Positions 44,724-53,744 of a stretch of 64,000 nucleotides of DNA are shown piece by piece (position 1 is the stretch's first letter; each line of letters begins with the position of its first letter). The notes under the pieces are model-generated. The model ran no database searches and was not told the origin of the DNA. It saw only the letters and a program-made list of their open reading frames with translations. This DNA is from a virus (taxonomy: Duplodnaviria > Caudoviricetes), in the IMG/VR virus record IMGVR_UViG_3300044840_000109, positions 1 to 64,000 of that record. One strand, written 5' to 3'. The position numbers and the translations under genes are program-made.

Positions 44724-45387
44724 TTCGGCCTCGCAGGTCGGGTCCGGCGACGGCGACGGTGACCGTGGCTTCCGCCATGAAGGAGCGCAGGGCGGGGGAG
44801 TAGCGGTTGGACCAGTCGGTGCCGGAGAGGTTGGTGGTGATGCCGGTGGGGCGACCCGCGCTGAACCGGGTGCGGAGCAGTTGCTCCAGGCGGTCCTCGG
44901 CGTAGCGGGTGTCGGTGGTGCGTTCGTGGCCTACGTCGTCCAGGACCACGAAGTACGCGGTCAGGGCGCGGTCCACGATGCGCGAGGCGCGGAAGGTGGT
45001 GATCTCGTCGCCCTCGTGTGAGTGCATGAGGAAGCGGGCGGCGTCCACGTAGTCGGGCCAGCGGGTGAAGAACACCGAGTGTTTGCTGCGGCGCACTTCG
45101 CAGGCGACCGCGCAGGCCAGGGTGGTCTTCCCGGTGCCGGGAGGGCCGGCCAGGAGGAGTCCGCGGCCGAAGTCGCGGGGGTGCCGGGGCAGGCCGAGGG
45201 GGTCCAGGCGCTGCTGCTCGGGGAGGCCTTGGAGCCAGCGATGCACCGTGTCGCGCTCATCGATGATCCAGTCGGCGGGGTGGTCGCCGATTTCTCCCAG
45301 GCGCAGGTTGCGGTAGCGGGCGGGGATGCCGGTGTCGATCCACAGCGCCTTCTCCGGGTCCATGTCCTCGGTGATGCGCAGGCTCAT
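44716..45387 (-). CDS. DnaC/IstB-like helicase loader ATPase
   Basis: GIP.RY; GPPGTGKT; VLDDVG.E; R......ITTNL. Confidence 0.9.
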   Translation of the reverse strand: MSLRITEDMDPEKALWIDTGIPARYRNLRLGEIGDHPADWIIDERDTVHRWLQGLPEQQRLDPLGLPRHPRDFGRGLLLAGPPGTGKTTLACAVACEVRRSKHSVFFTRWPDYVDAARFLMHSHEGDEITTFRASRIVDRALTAYFVVLDDVGHERTTDTRYAEDRLEQLLRTRFSAGRPTGITTNLSGTDWSNRYSPALRSFMAEATVTVAVAGPDLRGRND

Positions 45388-45968
45388 GTGCGCGTCCAGG
45401 AGGCCGTGAACAGGTCGTCGGCTCCCTGGTCGTGGGTGGCCGGGGTGTTCCAGTCGCTGTAGCTCTCGGGGGTCTGGGAGACGCCCGTCTCGGACAGGCG
45501 CTTGAGCAGGGTGTGGCGGCGCCACTTGAAGTCCCAGACGAACGCCTTGTCGGGTACGCGTCCGCCGAGCTGGGTGAAATACAGGTCGACCATGGCGCGG
45601 CAGGTGCCGGGGGTGACGTCGAGTCGCAGCAACTCGGAGAAAATCGCCACGATGGCGCGGAAATTGGAGAACTCCAGTCCCGTGGACCAGCTGCGGCGGG
45701 GGCAGGCGTTGAGGAAGTACGTGGCCAGGCCAGTCGCGGAGTCGGGCTTGGGGGTGCGTCCCCTGGGGCGGCCCTGTGAGGCCTCGGAGCGAGCGGGGCG
45801 CCCTGAGGGACTGACCTCGTCTGCGAGGCCGCGAGAGGTGCCTTGGAGATTTTTCTCGGCCCCCCCGAGGAGCGAGTCCCCCGCGGCTGTCTGGTCCAGG
45901 GCGTCGTCTTCGTCCACGAACTTGCGATTCATCAGGTCTCCTGTGCGGACGGGTAGTTGACTTGTCAT
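45384..45968 (-). CDS. replication initiator C-terminal-like protein
   Basis: sits between HTH initiator and DnaC-like loader; helical C-terminal domain. Confidence 0.55.
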   Translation of the reverse strand: MTSQLPVRTGDLMNRKFVDEDDALDQTAAGDSLLGGAEKNLQGTSRGLADEVSPSGRPARSEASQGRPRGRTPKPDSATGLATYFLNACPRRSWSTGLEFSNFRAIVAIFSELLRLDVTPGTCRAMVDLYFTQLGGRVPDKAFVWDFKWRRHTLLKRLSETGVSQTPESYSDWNTPATHDQGADDLFTASWTRT

Positions 45969-45988
45969 GCGTCCGTCAGGACGCAGAT

Positions 45989-46011
45989 ATAAAGAGACGT
46001 AGTCTCTTTAT
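45989..46011. promoter_or_regulatory. AT-rich perfect inverted repeat (origin element candidate)
   Basis: ATAAAGAGAC-GTA-GTCTCTTTAT. Confidence 0.55.
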
Positions 46012-46020
46012 TAAGGTGCT

Positions 46021-46542
46021 CTAGCTCTCGCTCTTGCTCCCTGCACACACGCACACGTGCATGCACATGCACGCGCTCGACGTGTCAGTTGAGGGGTCAG
46101 TTGCGAGTCCACACGCGGGGTCAGTTGCTCGCTCACGCGCCACGCGGATTTCCGCTTCGAATTCATTCCACTGGCGGATAAGCAGACCGATCGCCAGGTC
46201 GACCTGCATCCCGCGGTGCATTCCGTCGCGCAGGGACTGGACGGGCCCGAACACCGAGTCGACAGAGACGTCGGCGACCCGCACATGCGTCTCAGTACGG
46301 GCCCCGGGCCATGCCAGCACCCGCACCAGCCCGACACCCCGCAGGTCAGCCAGGGCGCGCTTGACCGTGGTGGGGGAGCACTCCATCTCGGTGGCCAGGT
46401 CGTCCTGGCCCATGAGGGCGTAGGACCAGCCCGTGACCTGGTCGAAATTCGTCTCGGTGTGGGTGAGCAGGTAGGTGTAGGCCACCTGGGCACGGAGCGG
46501 TACGCGGTCGAGAATTTCGTCCACGGAAATCGGGGCGGTCAT
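46021..46542 (-). CDS. replication initiator, N-terminal winged HTH
   Basis: Y..LL.H; Q..LA.EM.CS..TVKRAL..L...GL. Confidence 0.8.
   Translation of the reverse strand: MTAPISVDEILDRVPLRAQVAYTYLLTHTETNFDQVTGWSYALMGQDDLATEMECSPTTVKRALADLRGVGLVRVLAWPGARTETHVRVADVSVDSVFGPVQSLRDGMHRGMQVDLAIGLLIRQWNEFEAEIRVARERATDPACGLATDPSTDTSSACMCMHVCVCAGSKSES
46084..46128. repeat. iteron-like direct repeats
   Basis: GGGGTCAGTTGC at 46093 and 46117; GTCAGTTG at 46084. Confidence 0.6.
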
Positions 46543-46627
46543 GGTAATCTCCGAATCGCCTAGGGATGCACTGCGGACTGCGGCCTCGACAGGGCGGCTC
46601 GAACTAACCTGTCGGGGCCGCTGCTAT

Positions 46628-47485
46628 TTATCCGCGCGGTACCAGTCGTGTCTGCACGCCCTTCTTGGGCCGACCGCGTCCCGCGCGCTCCCACTGGCCC
46701 GACTCGGGGTTGAAAATCTCCATGTAGGCCTTGGTCGTCTTTTCCGTCGACGTGGGCTTGGGCGCGAGGATGGCGCGGGCGGCTACGAGCGACTGGGAGA
46801 CCTCGGGGATGCGCTGGTCGAACGTGAGGCGCAGGGTGTCCATGACCTCGTCGGCCTGGCTGAGCGCTGCCTGCACCGCCGCGGCCTCGGCGCGCGTCAG
46901 GACGGTGTCGGGCCCCTCATCCACGACCAGGGCGAGCTGCCCCGAGGACTCCTCCTCGATCACGGGCGGCGCCTCGTAGCCCTCGGGCAGGTCGCGCCAG
47001 TCGAGCTGGAACAGGGCCCGGGTCAGGTCGTAGACGGGGATGTCGTGGGTCAGGCACTGCGCGGCGAGCCACGCGGCGTCCTCGTCCAACGCCCCGTCGG
47101 TCGTCAGCACCAGGAGCATCGGGTTTTCCGCGCCCTGCAGGTAGGCGTACAGCCCTGTGGGGACGCTGGTGACCTGCACCTGGTCGTCGGGCGATTCCAG
47201 GGACTCCCGGATGGTGGTGATGATCTTGCTGTCGCTCCCGTCGCGCAGGAGCTTGAAGGGCAGCTCGCAGCGCATGACCCACTGCCACACGTTCTCGACG
47301 CCCTCGCCCGTTCCCTCACCCGCGGGGATCAGAACGTTGATCTTGTACATCTCGGAGGGGGCGAAGTAGCCCTCCTCGTCGGGCTTGCCGAGGGAAAACT
47401 GGTCGTTCAGGACGTCGCACACCAGGTCGTGTGCGATTTCTCCGGTCCCGATGATTCCGATGGTGACTGGGCGCAGCTCTGCCAT
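46628..47485 (-). CDS. hypothetical protein (Rossmann-like N-terminus)
   Basis: GGAGG RBS; TIGIIGTG; basic C-terminal motif RGRPKK. Confidence 0.75.
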   Translation of the reverse strand: MAELRPVTIGIIGTGEIAHDLVCDVLNDQFSLGKPDEEGYFAPSEMYKINVLIPAGEGTGEGVENVWQWVMRCELPFKLLRDGSDSKIITTIRESLESPDDQVQVTSVPTGLYAYLQGAENPMLLVLTTDGALDEDAAWLAAQCLTHDIPVYDLTRALFQLDWRDLPEGYEAPPVIEEESSGQLALVVDEGPDTVLTRAEAAAVQAALSQADEVMDTLRLTFDQRIPEVSQSLVAARAILAPKPTSTEKTTKAYMEIFNPESGQWERAGRGRPKKGVQTRLVPRG

Positions 47486-47604
47486 TGGTCCTCCGTCTGG
47501 TGGTTCGGCGTGGACTGATAATCACCCCCTGAGGGCGGTCGAAAATCGCACGACGCGAAAATCGGATAGAACTTCATCCGCGTGGCGCAGTTAGCCCGTC
47601 CGTG

Positions 47605-47910
47605 TCATTGGGGCCCTGGCACACGGATTCGTGGGCGTCGCACAAGGGCCGTGGTGGTGTCGCGGGATCGATATTCCTGGAGTGTCGACATGACCGCGTG
47701 CAGGAGCGTCACGCCGCCCGAGATCGCCAGGACGCGGTATGCCTGGGTGTGCGGATGGGTGTAGAACCAGTCCGCGACGCCGACGAGCAACATGCAGGCC
47801 AGCAGGTCGCGCAGGTAGGGGCCGAGGATCTCCCCGGTGGCGTGCATGAGGGGGCGCACCAGGATGGACCAGAGAAAGAAAATCGCGAACGTGACGACGA
47901 CGAGGTTGAT
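47605..47910 (-). CDS. membrane protein (start uncertain; possibly ATC at 47910)
   Basis: three hydrophobic segments; frame open upstream of GTG 47859. Confidence 0.55.
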   Translation of the reverse strand: MNLVVVTFAIFFLWSILVRPLMHATGEILGPYLRDLLACMLLVGVADWFYTHPHTQAYRVLAISGGVTLLHAVMSTLQEYRSRDTTTALVRRPRIRVPGPQ

Positions 47911-47920
47911 GGCGCACCCC

Positions 47921-49999
47921 TTAGGAGGGCGGTGCCGCGTACACGATCTGGTAGCTGGCGCCGACGGGGAGAGAGCGCTTGATGGCTCGGTCGAGACGGT
48001 ATTGATTCACGGTTTTGCCCCGGTAATAGTGCGAGCGCGTCTCCCCGGTGGCGGGGCGCGTGTCGGTCGGGGGCTCCCACATGTAGTCCGAGGATGGCGA
48101 ATTTCCGTCGAAGTAGGGGCGCAGTTCGCTGGTCACTTCGGCGAGGACCTGGTCGAGGTAGAACTCCATTGCTCCGATCGTGGTCCAGGGCCCGTTCTGG
48201 ACCAGCGCGGAGTAGAGGTTCCCGGCCGCGTCGTTGACGGTGTCCGCGGCGGAGTAGGTGGTGGTGGCCGACCAGGTGCCGCGGCTGCCCACACCGGTGG
48301 TGCCGAGGTCCTGCCAGATCTGGGTGTTGGTGCCGGGGGGGACGGCCTGGAAGAGCGTGTTGACGTCGCTCGCGGCGTAGCCGACGTTGACGATGGCCGG
48401 GCCCCCGAAGTCGGCGGTGGTGGTGACGGTGACCGACAGGCGCACGAACCCGGTGGTGCCGGGGGGCTGGATCGGGGAGGAGGTGCCGCGCACCAGGGCG
48501 TGGCCGTCGTGCGCCCAGATGGTGATGGGCAGCGCGGAGCTGAGGTGGCGCACGTAGGCGCTGTAGGTGACCCGGGTGCCAGCTGGAACGAGGTCGATGG
48601 CGACCATGGAGGCCACGGTGGTGTCGGTGCGCGTGCCGATGCCCATCCACGGCGTCGCGCCGGAGCCGATCAGGGAGGCGGTGGGCATCGTGATGACCTT
48701 GAACGCCCCGCATGCGCCGCCGTTGAAGCCGCCCGTGGTGTTGCGGGACCACGTTCCGGCGACGCCGCTGGGCAGCTGGATCACCCAGCCGGCCAGGTCG
48801 TTGTAGAACCCGGGGTTCTGGCACAGGTTGATGCGGTTCGCGGTCGGCTTGATGACGGCGGTCTTCGGAGCCTGCCAGGCCCTGGCGGGGGAGGTGCCCA
48901 CGGCGGACTGGTTGCGGCTGGCGGGCACGAAGAGACGGTGTTCGTCCACGTAGTACGTCATGGTGGTGACGGCGCTGCCGGTGGTCACGCGCGGCACGAC
49001 GGCGGCGTAGACGGCGGTGCTCATGAGGGTGGCGGACATGGTGATGGTCTGCCATTGCAGGGAGCCCAGTGCGGCTGTGGTGGCGGAGTTGGTGGACGCG
49101 ATCTGGGCGCCGTTGACGTCGTACTGCAGCAGCGTGATGCCCACGTTGGAGCCGGCGGCCAGGGTGGCGATGGCGATTTGCGCGACCAGGAACGTGCCGC
49201 CCTGCACCCGGGCGTAGGCCTCGGGGGTGGGGTTGACGGTGAACACGGTCTGTCCGGAGCCGGAGCCCACCGGTGATCCGGGCGGGGGGTTGTACGTCGC
49301 GGAGCTGTAGGTGGCGCGGGCTGTTTTCAGCGCCGTGTAGGAGCCCCACAGTTGCAGGTTGGTGTACGTGTTGGCGGTCAGCGGGGTGGTGTAGGTGTAC
49401 AGGCCGCTGAAGGTGCCGCAGGACGCGAAGGTATTGGTGCGCGCGAAGCTCTCGCCGCCGTCCAGCGCTGCTGCCTGGTAGTACAGGCGCCCTTCGTAGG
49501 AGGCCTGGTCCAGGGAGAGCAGGTTGATGCCGGTGCGGTCGCTGTACTGGTCCTTGCCGTTGCCCGGCGTCTGCTCGAACTGCAGGTAGGTGACGTACTG
49601 CGTGCTGGAGATGGGCATGACGTCGGTGTTGATCGTCAGGCGGGCGTACGCGGCGCGGTTGTAGATCAGCCCGGCCGGCCCCGGGGTGTAGTCGGTGGGC
49701 GCGGAGGCGGTGATGGACACGCGCTGCCAGGCGTTGACGGTGTCCGAGGGGGCCTTGCGGACCGTGATGTCGGTGACGGCGGTGATCTGGGGGTCGGAGT
49801 ACTCCGAGCCGGAGGAGAAAGCGACCAGTGCGAAGTCATCGAATGCGCCGGCGATGGAGTTCTGTGTGATGGTCGCGGTGCCCGAGGACGCGGAGGACCC
49901 GCTCATGGTGACGGGGGTGAGCAGGAGCAGGGCGAAGGAAGCGCTGCCGGAGGAGGCGGAGGATCCGGTCAGGGTGACGGGCGTGAAGGTGGTCGTCAT
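47921..49999 (-). CDS. tail/baseplate protein with CBM4_9-like domains
   Basis: TGATG overlap; NLL/NLCQNPGF; RLSVT; W.ATTTY. Confidence 0.75.
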   Translation of the reverse strand: MTTTFTPVTLTGSSASSGSASFALLLLTPVTMSGSSASSGTATITQNSIAGAFDDFALVAFSSGSEYSDPQITAVTDITVRKAPSDTVNAWQRVSITASAPTDYTPGPAGLIYNRAAYARLTINTDVMPISSTQYVTYLQFEQTPGNGKDQYSDRTGINLLSLDQASYEGRLYYQAAALDGGESFARTNTFASCGTFSGLYTYTTPLTANTYTNLQLWGSYTALKTARATYSSATYNPPPGSPVGSGSGQTVFTVNPTPEAYARVQGGTFLVAQIAIATLAAGSNVGITLLQYDVNGAQIASTNSATTAALGSLQWQTITMSATLMSTAVYAAVVPRVTTGSAVTTMTYYVDEHRLFVPASRNQSAVGTSPARAWQAPKTAVIKPTANRINLCQNPGFYNDLAGWVIQLPSGVAGTWSRNTTGGFNGGACGAFKVITMPTASLIGSGATPWMGIGTRTDTTVASMVAIDLVPAGTRVTYSAYVRHLSSALPITIWAHDGHALVRGTSSPIQPPGTTGFVRLSVTVTTTADFGGPAIVNVGYAASDVNTLFQAVPPGTNTQIWQDLGTTGVGSRGTWSATTTYSAADTVNDAAGNLYSALVQNGPWTTIGAMEFYLDQVLAEVTSELRPYFDGNSPSSDYMWEPPTDTRPATGETRSHYYRGKTVNQYRLDRAIKRSLPVGASYQIVYAAPPS

Positions 50000-52962
50000 C
50001 AGATCCTGATCCGTTCCAGTAGCCCGTAGCCGGTCTGGGCGTTGAAGTTGGTCAGCGCCGAGGTGGCCAGTAGCGTCTCGACGCCCGGCGCGGTGCGCAC
50101 GTAGACGTTGATCAACGTGGCGGAGACGTTGACGCGCATGCGCATGCCGTCGCTGACCGGCGTGGCGTAGGTGGCGACCGTGGTCGACGTCGCGGAGGCC
50201 AGGAACCCGGACGCGTAGGTCAGTGCGGTCCACGTCAGGCGGTCGCGTGAGGCCAGCCAGTACCCGGCCGACCCGCCGCGGAAGTAGATGCCGTGCTCCA
50301 TGGTGTTGCTGACGTCGAACGGCGCGGAGACGAACGTGGCATAGACGGTGTCCAGCGGGGCCGAGGTGCCGAACAGCCATTGGCGGTCGAACCAGAGCAC
50401 ACGGCCGGCCTGCATCTGCTCCAGCATGGTGGTGGTGCCGCCGGGGGTGTTCCAGCCGGAGCCGTGGACGATGTTGTCTATGTTCTCCCACGTCCCGTAG
50501 GTGACCACCCAGGGGATTCCGGTGCCCTGCTGCCAGGCGACCGGAGTGCTCCAGCCGGTCGGCGGCGCAGCGGTGAACGACTGCGGGTAGGTGCTGCCGT
50601 CGGTGTTGAAGTGATCGATGACCTGCTGGGTGCCTGTCCCGCGGACGTCGGCGGTACCCACCAGTGCGCCGAACTGGTCGTACCAGTCGATGCGCGGGCG
50701 CACGAACTGCCCGCTCCCGGTCGCGGTGCGGTAGTGGTAGGCGGAGAACGTGTACTGCCGCCGCGCCGGCCCCAGCCAGCGCCACCAAATATTGTCCGTG
50801 GTGTACCCGGTCGGCGAGGCGCCCTGCGGCACGGCCTTGGCCGCCTGGTAGATGGCGTCGCGCCACTGCACCTCGACGCCCTTGGCGTAGGTGGCGGTCG
50901 CCGACCACGTAGCGGTCTGCTTCAGCGCGATGCCCTGGGTCTGCACCAGCGCCGGCTCGGGCAGGGTGGCGTTCTTCAGCGACGTCAGGCGCCACTTGGC
51001 GGGGCTGGTGGAGGGCGTGTCGCCGACGGTGTAACTGCGGGCGACGTACACCGCACCCGTGGTGGGGGTGTTCCACAGCACGGGCTGCCCGGCGTAGTAC
51101 GCAGTCGTGGACACCCATGTTGCGGCCTGTACCTCGCCGCAGGTGAAGATGGTGTTCCGCCCCACCGTTGCGCCGCTGAACGTGTTGTACATCAGCGCGT
51201 TGCCGGGCCCCGGTGATCCGGTGGACAGCGTGGTCGCGGCCTGCGGGACGATCCCGAAATTGCCGGAGTTGCCGTCGATGAAGAAATTGTCGTTGCGCGG
51301 GTTGACCGCGCCGTCCGCGTACTGGACGTTCCAGATGCCCTGCCCGTCGGTCAGCCAGTTGCGTTCCGCATCCGCGTCGTAGTACGCGGACAGCCCCGTC
51401 TGGGTCCAGGCCGCGGCGCTGCCCGCAACGCCCGTCGGGGCGACGCCGTAGTTCTGTACGGAGCTGGTGGACTGCAGGGTGGCGTGGGCGATGAAAATGT
51501 CGTAGCCGCTGCTGATCGCCTGCTTGCCGGTGACGGTGAAAGTCAGCGTGATGTCCCCACCGGGGGTGAACGTCCCGATGTAGACGGTCTGCGCCATCTG
51601 CCGGCTGGGGGCGTACATGTCTGCGGACCACCCCGCCACGAGGCTGCCGTTCACGGTCGCGCTGATCTGACCGCCGAAGGGGTCCTTGACCAGCGTGACG
51701 AACAAGTTGAACACGGTGCCGGTGATGCCTGCGACCATGGGCACGAACACCGTCGCGGAGGATCCGATGGCCGCGCCCAGCATGCGCATGTAGCCCCGGT
51801 CCACACCCGCCAGCGGGTCGCCCACGCGCACCAGGCCGCCGGGGGGCACAGAGGCACCGCCGGCGATGTTGTAGAAGCTGTACGTCTCCGAACCGCCGTA
51901 CGCGAAATACGTCTGTCCCAGGTAGGTGACCACGTCGCCCAGGTTCGGAGCCTGGTACCCGGCCAGATAATAGGTTGTGGGATCCCACGGTTTGGCGAGC
52001 GTGGAGTCGAACGTCGAGGAGTCCAGCGTCGGCAGTTGGTTGTAGCCGATCCTCGTCGTGGTCTTCCACCCGGTCAGGTCGGTGACCAGCTCGGCGAGCG
52101 CGCTGGCGCTGCCGGCGCGGCGTTGGATCGCGTTGGCGTCGCGCACGAAACTGCGCCGCAGTTCCGGCATCGCCGGCAACCGCGAGTCGATGCCCATCTG
52201 CTGCGCGATCAGACCGAGCTGGCGGTCGCTGCACCGCTCGATGTCGTTCATCCGCAGCAGCGAGTCGTTCTCGGACTTCATGATGTCCAGGCCCCACCCG
52301 AACATCGACACGAAATCGAAGAGGTCGTCGTTGACGGGGATGGAACTGGCGGTGGTCTCCACCGTGGCGACCTTGTAGGGCCGCGGGATCAGGTCGTAGA
52401 GCATGCTGCGGTACCCGGCGTCCGCGAGCGCCAGGCCCACCACACCGGACCCGCAGCGGAACCACGGCGTCGTCACCGGCGTCGTCGCCCAGATCGCGGC
52501 GTTGGTGCCGGGGGTGACGTTCAGGGTGTTGAGGGCGAGGCAGATGTAGTTGACCGAGGAGAACACCGCCAGGTCCCCGGGCTGGTAGGTCTGCGTGGTG
52601 GAGTAGGTGGTGATGCCCGACGCCACGAACAGCCCGTAGTAGTACAGGCGCCCGGGGACCACCGTGTTGTCCAGGAACGTGTTGCTGATCCCGAGCGCGG
52701 GGTCGGTGTTGCCCGATGCCTGGTCCAGGCACACCCACCCGTCGTCCTCGGTGTCCGGCACACCCCAGGAGTTGCGCACCAGGCGCTGGCGCGACCAGGC
52801 GGGGGGCACCGTGCCCGACGTCTGGTAGGGGGTGGTCCAGGTGACCTGCAGCGCTCCGTACTGGTCCTGGGCGCAGCTCATCGGGTCGCAGGAGAAATAG
52901 GCCTGCGACCCGGCGATGCCGTAGAGGGACCGTCCGTAGATGTCCAGGCCGTACGTCGCCAC
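49999..52962 (-). CDS. baseplate/tail protein (P2 gpI-like core plus CBM5/12-like repeats)
   Basis: LYDLIP.PY...D..L..IA..MG; repeated W..TT.Y..GD.V motifs. Confidence 0.75.
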   Translation of the reverse strand: MATYGLDIYGRSLYGIAGSQAYFSCDPMSCAQDQYGALQVTWTTPYQTSGTVPPAWSRQRLVRNSWGVPDTEDDGWVCLDQASGNTDPALGISNTFLDNTVVPGRLYYYGLFVASGITTYSTTQTYQPGDLAVFSSVNYICLALNTLNVTPGTNAAIWATTPVTTPWFRCGSGVVGLALADAGYRSMLYDLIPRPYKVATVETTASSIPVNDDLFDFVSMFGWGLDIMKSENDSLLRMNDIERCSDRQLGLIAQQMGIDSRLPAMPELRRSFVRDANAIQRRAGSASALAELVTDLTGWKTTTRIGYNQLPTLDSSTFDSTLAKPWDPTTYYLAGYQAPNLGDVVTYLGQTYFAYGGSETYSFYNIAGGASVPPGGLVRVGDPLAGVDRGYMRMLGAAIGSSATVFVPMVAGITGTVFNLFVTLVKDPFGGQISATVNGSLVAGWSADMYAPSRQMAQTVYIGTFTPGGDITLTFTVTGKQAISSGYDIFIAHATLQSTSSVQNYGVAPTGVAGSAAAWTQTGLSAYYDADAERNWLTDGQGIWNVQYADGAVNPRNDNFFIDGNSGNFGIVPQAATTLSTGSPGPGNALMYNTFSGATVGRNTIFTCGEVQAATWVSTTAYYAGQPVLWNTPTTGAVYVARSYTVGDTPSTSPAKWRLTSLKNATLPEPALVQTQGIALKQTATWSATATYAKGVEVQWRDAIYQAAKAVPQGASPTGYTTDNIWWRWLGPARRQYTFSAYHYRTATGSGQFVRPRIDWYDQFGALVGTADVRGTGTQQVIDHFNTDGSTYPQSFTAAPPTGWSTPVAWQQGTGIPWVVTYGTWENIDNIVHGSGWNTPGGTTTMLEQMQAGRVLWFDRQWLFGTSAPLDTVYATFVSAPFDVSNTMEHGIYFRGGSAGYWLASRDRLTWTALTYASGFLASATSTTVATYATPVSDGMRMRVNVSATLINVYVRTAPGVETLLATSALTNFNAQTGYGLLERIRI

Positions 52963-52970
52963 AGTCGTCC

Positions 52971-53735
52971 TTAGGAGATGTCGCGCTGGTAGGACAGGGA
53001 GATCGTCGCCCGCGCGTTTACCGGGGCGTTATTGCCGTCGCCCGGGGCGTGGGACAGCTGGGCGGATGCGAGCTGCCCGGCGGACCACGGACCCTCCCAG
53101 GCCAGGTTCATACGGTGCTGGTCGACCACCCCGACCTGAATCTGCGACCCGTCGGTGCCGGCCTCGACACCGTTGACCATCAGACGCACGTTGACGTGGT
53201 GGATACCGGGGATCTGCGCGACGTCGGACCACACCTGCAGCGAGATGCGCCACCACCCGGTCTGCGGGCACGGGATGTCGGTGCCGCCCTGGAACATGCT
53301 GTTCGGGTCATAGTCCGTGCTGCCCCACGGGAAGTTCTGCCAGTTCGCGAACCCCGGCATGAAGGGAAACCCGTTGGCGTGGATGATCGACAACGGCACG
53401 AAGCCATAGGGCGCCGAGGTGGTGACGGTGCGGTTGTTGACCGCTGTCAGCCACGCCACCTGCGCCTGCACCTGGTTGAGCCGGTCCGCGATACTCGCGT
53501 ACGTCACCGGCGACGTCATGCCCGCGTACGGGGCCAGGGGCAGCGCGCTGCTGTGCACGGTGCGCGGCGGGTACCGCAGCGACACCCCGGCCCACGACGC
53601 GGGGTTCAGGCCAACGGCGCGTTCGATGGCCGAGACCTCGTTCTGCAGGTCGTTGACGCCCACCGCATACACGGTGTCGACATTGTCCGTTTTGTTGGTG
53701 AACGTCTTGACGCTGCCCGGATAGACGGCGGTCAT
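52971..53735 (-). CDS. minor tail/fiber protein
   Basis: YPGSV..F; N.LQ.EV.AIE; C-terminal jelly-roll pattern. Confidence 0.7.
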   Translation of the reverse strand: MTAVYPGSVKTFTNKTDNVDTVYAVGVNDLQNEVSAIERAVGLNPASWAGVSLRYPPRTVHSSALPLAPYAGMTSPVTYASIADRLNQVQAQVAWLTAVNNRTVTTSAPYGFVPLSIIHANGFPFMPGFANWQNFPWGSTDYDPNSMFQGGTDIPCPQTGWWRISLQVWSDVAQIPGIHHVNVRLMVNGVEAGTDGSQIQVGVVDQHRMNLAWEGPWSAGQLASAQLSHAPGDGNNAPVNARATISLSYQRDIS

Positions 53736-53744
53736 GGCTACCCC

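Noticed and set aside
47921-52738. 1605-aa ORF in the track
   Set aside because: Only the part from ATG 49999 is protein-like; the upstream portion is an off-frame shadow of the 49999-52962 gene.
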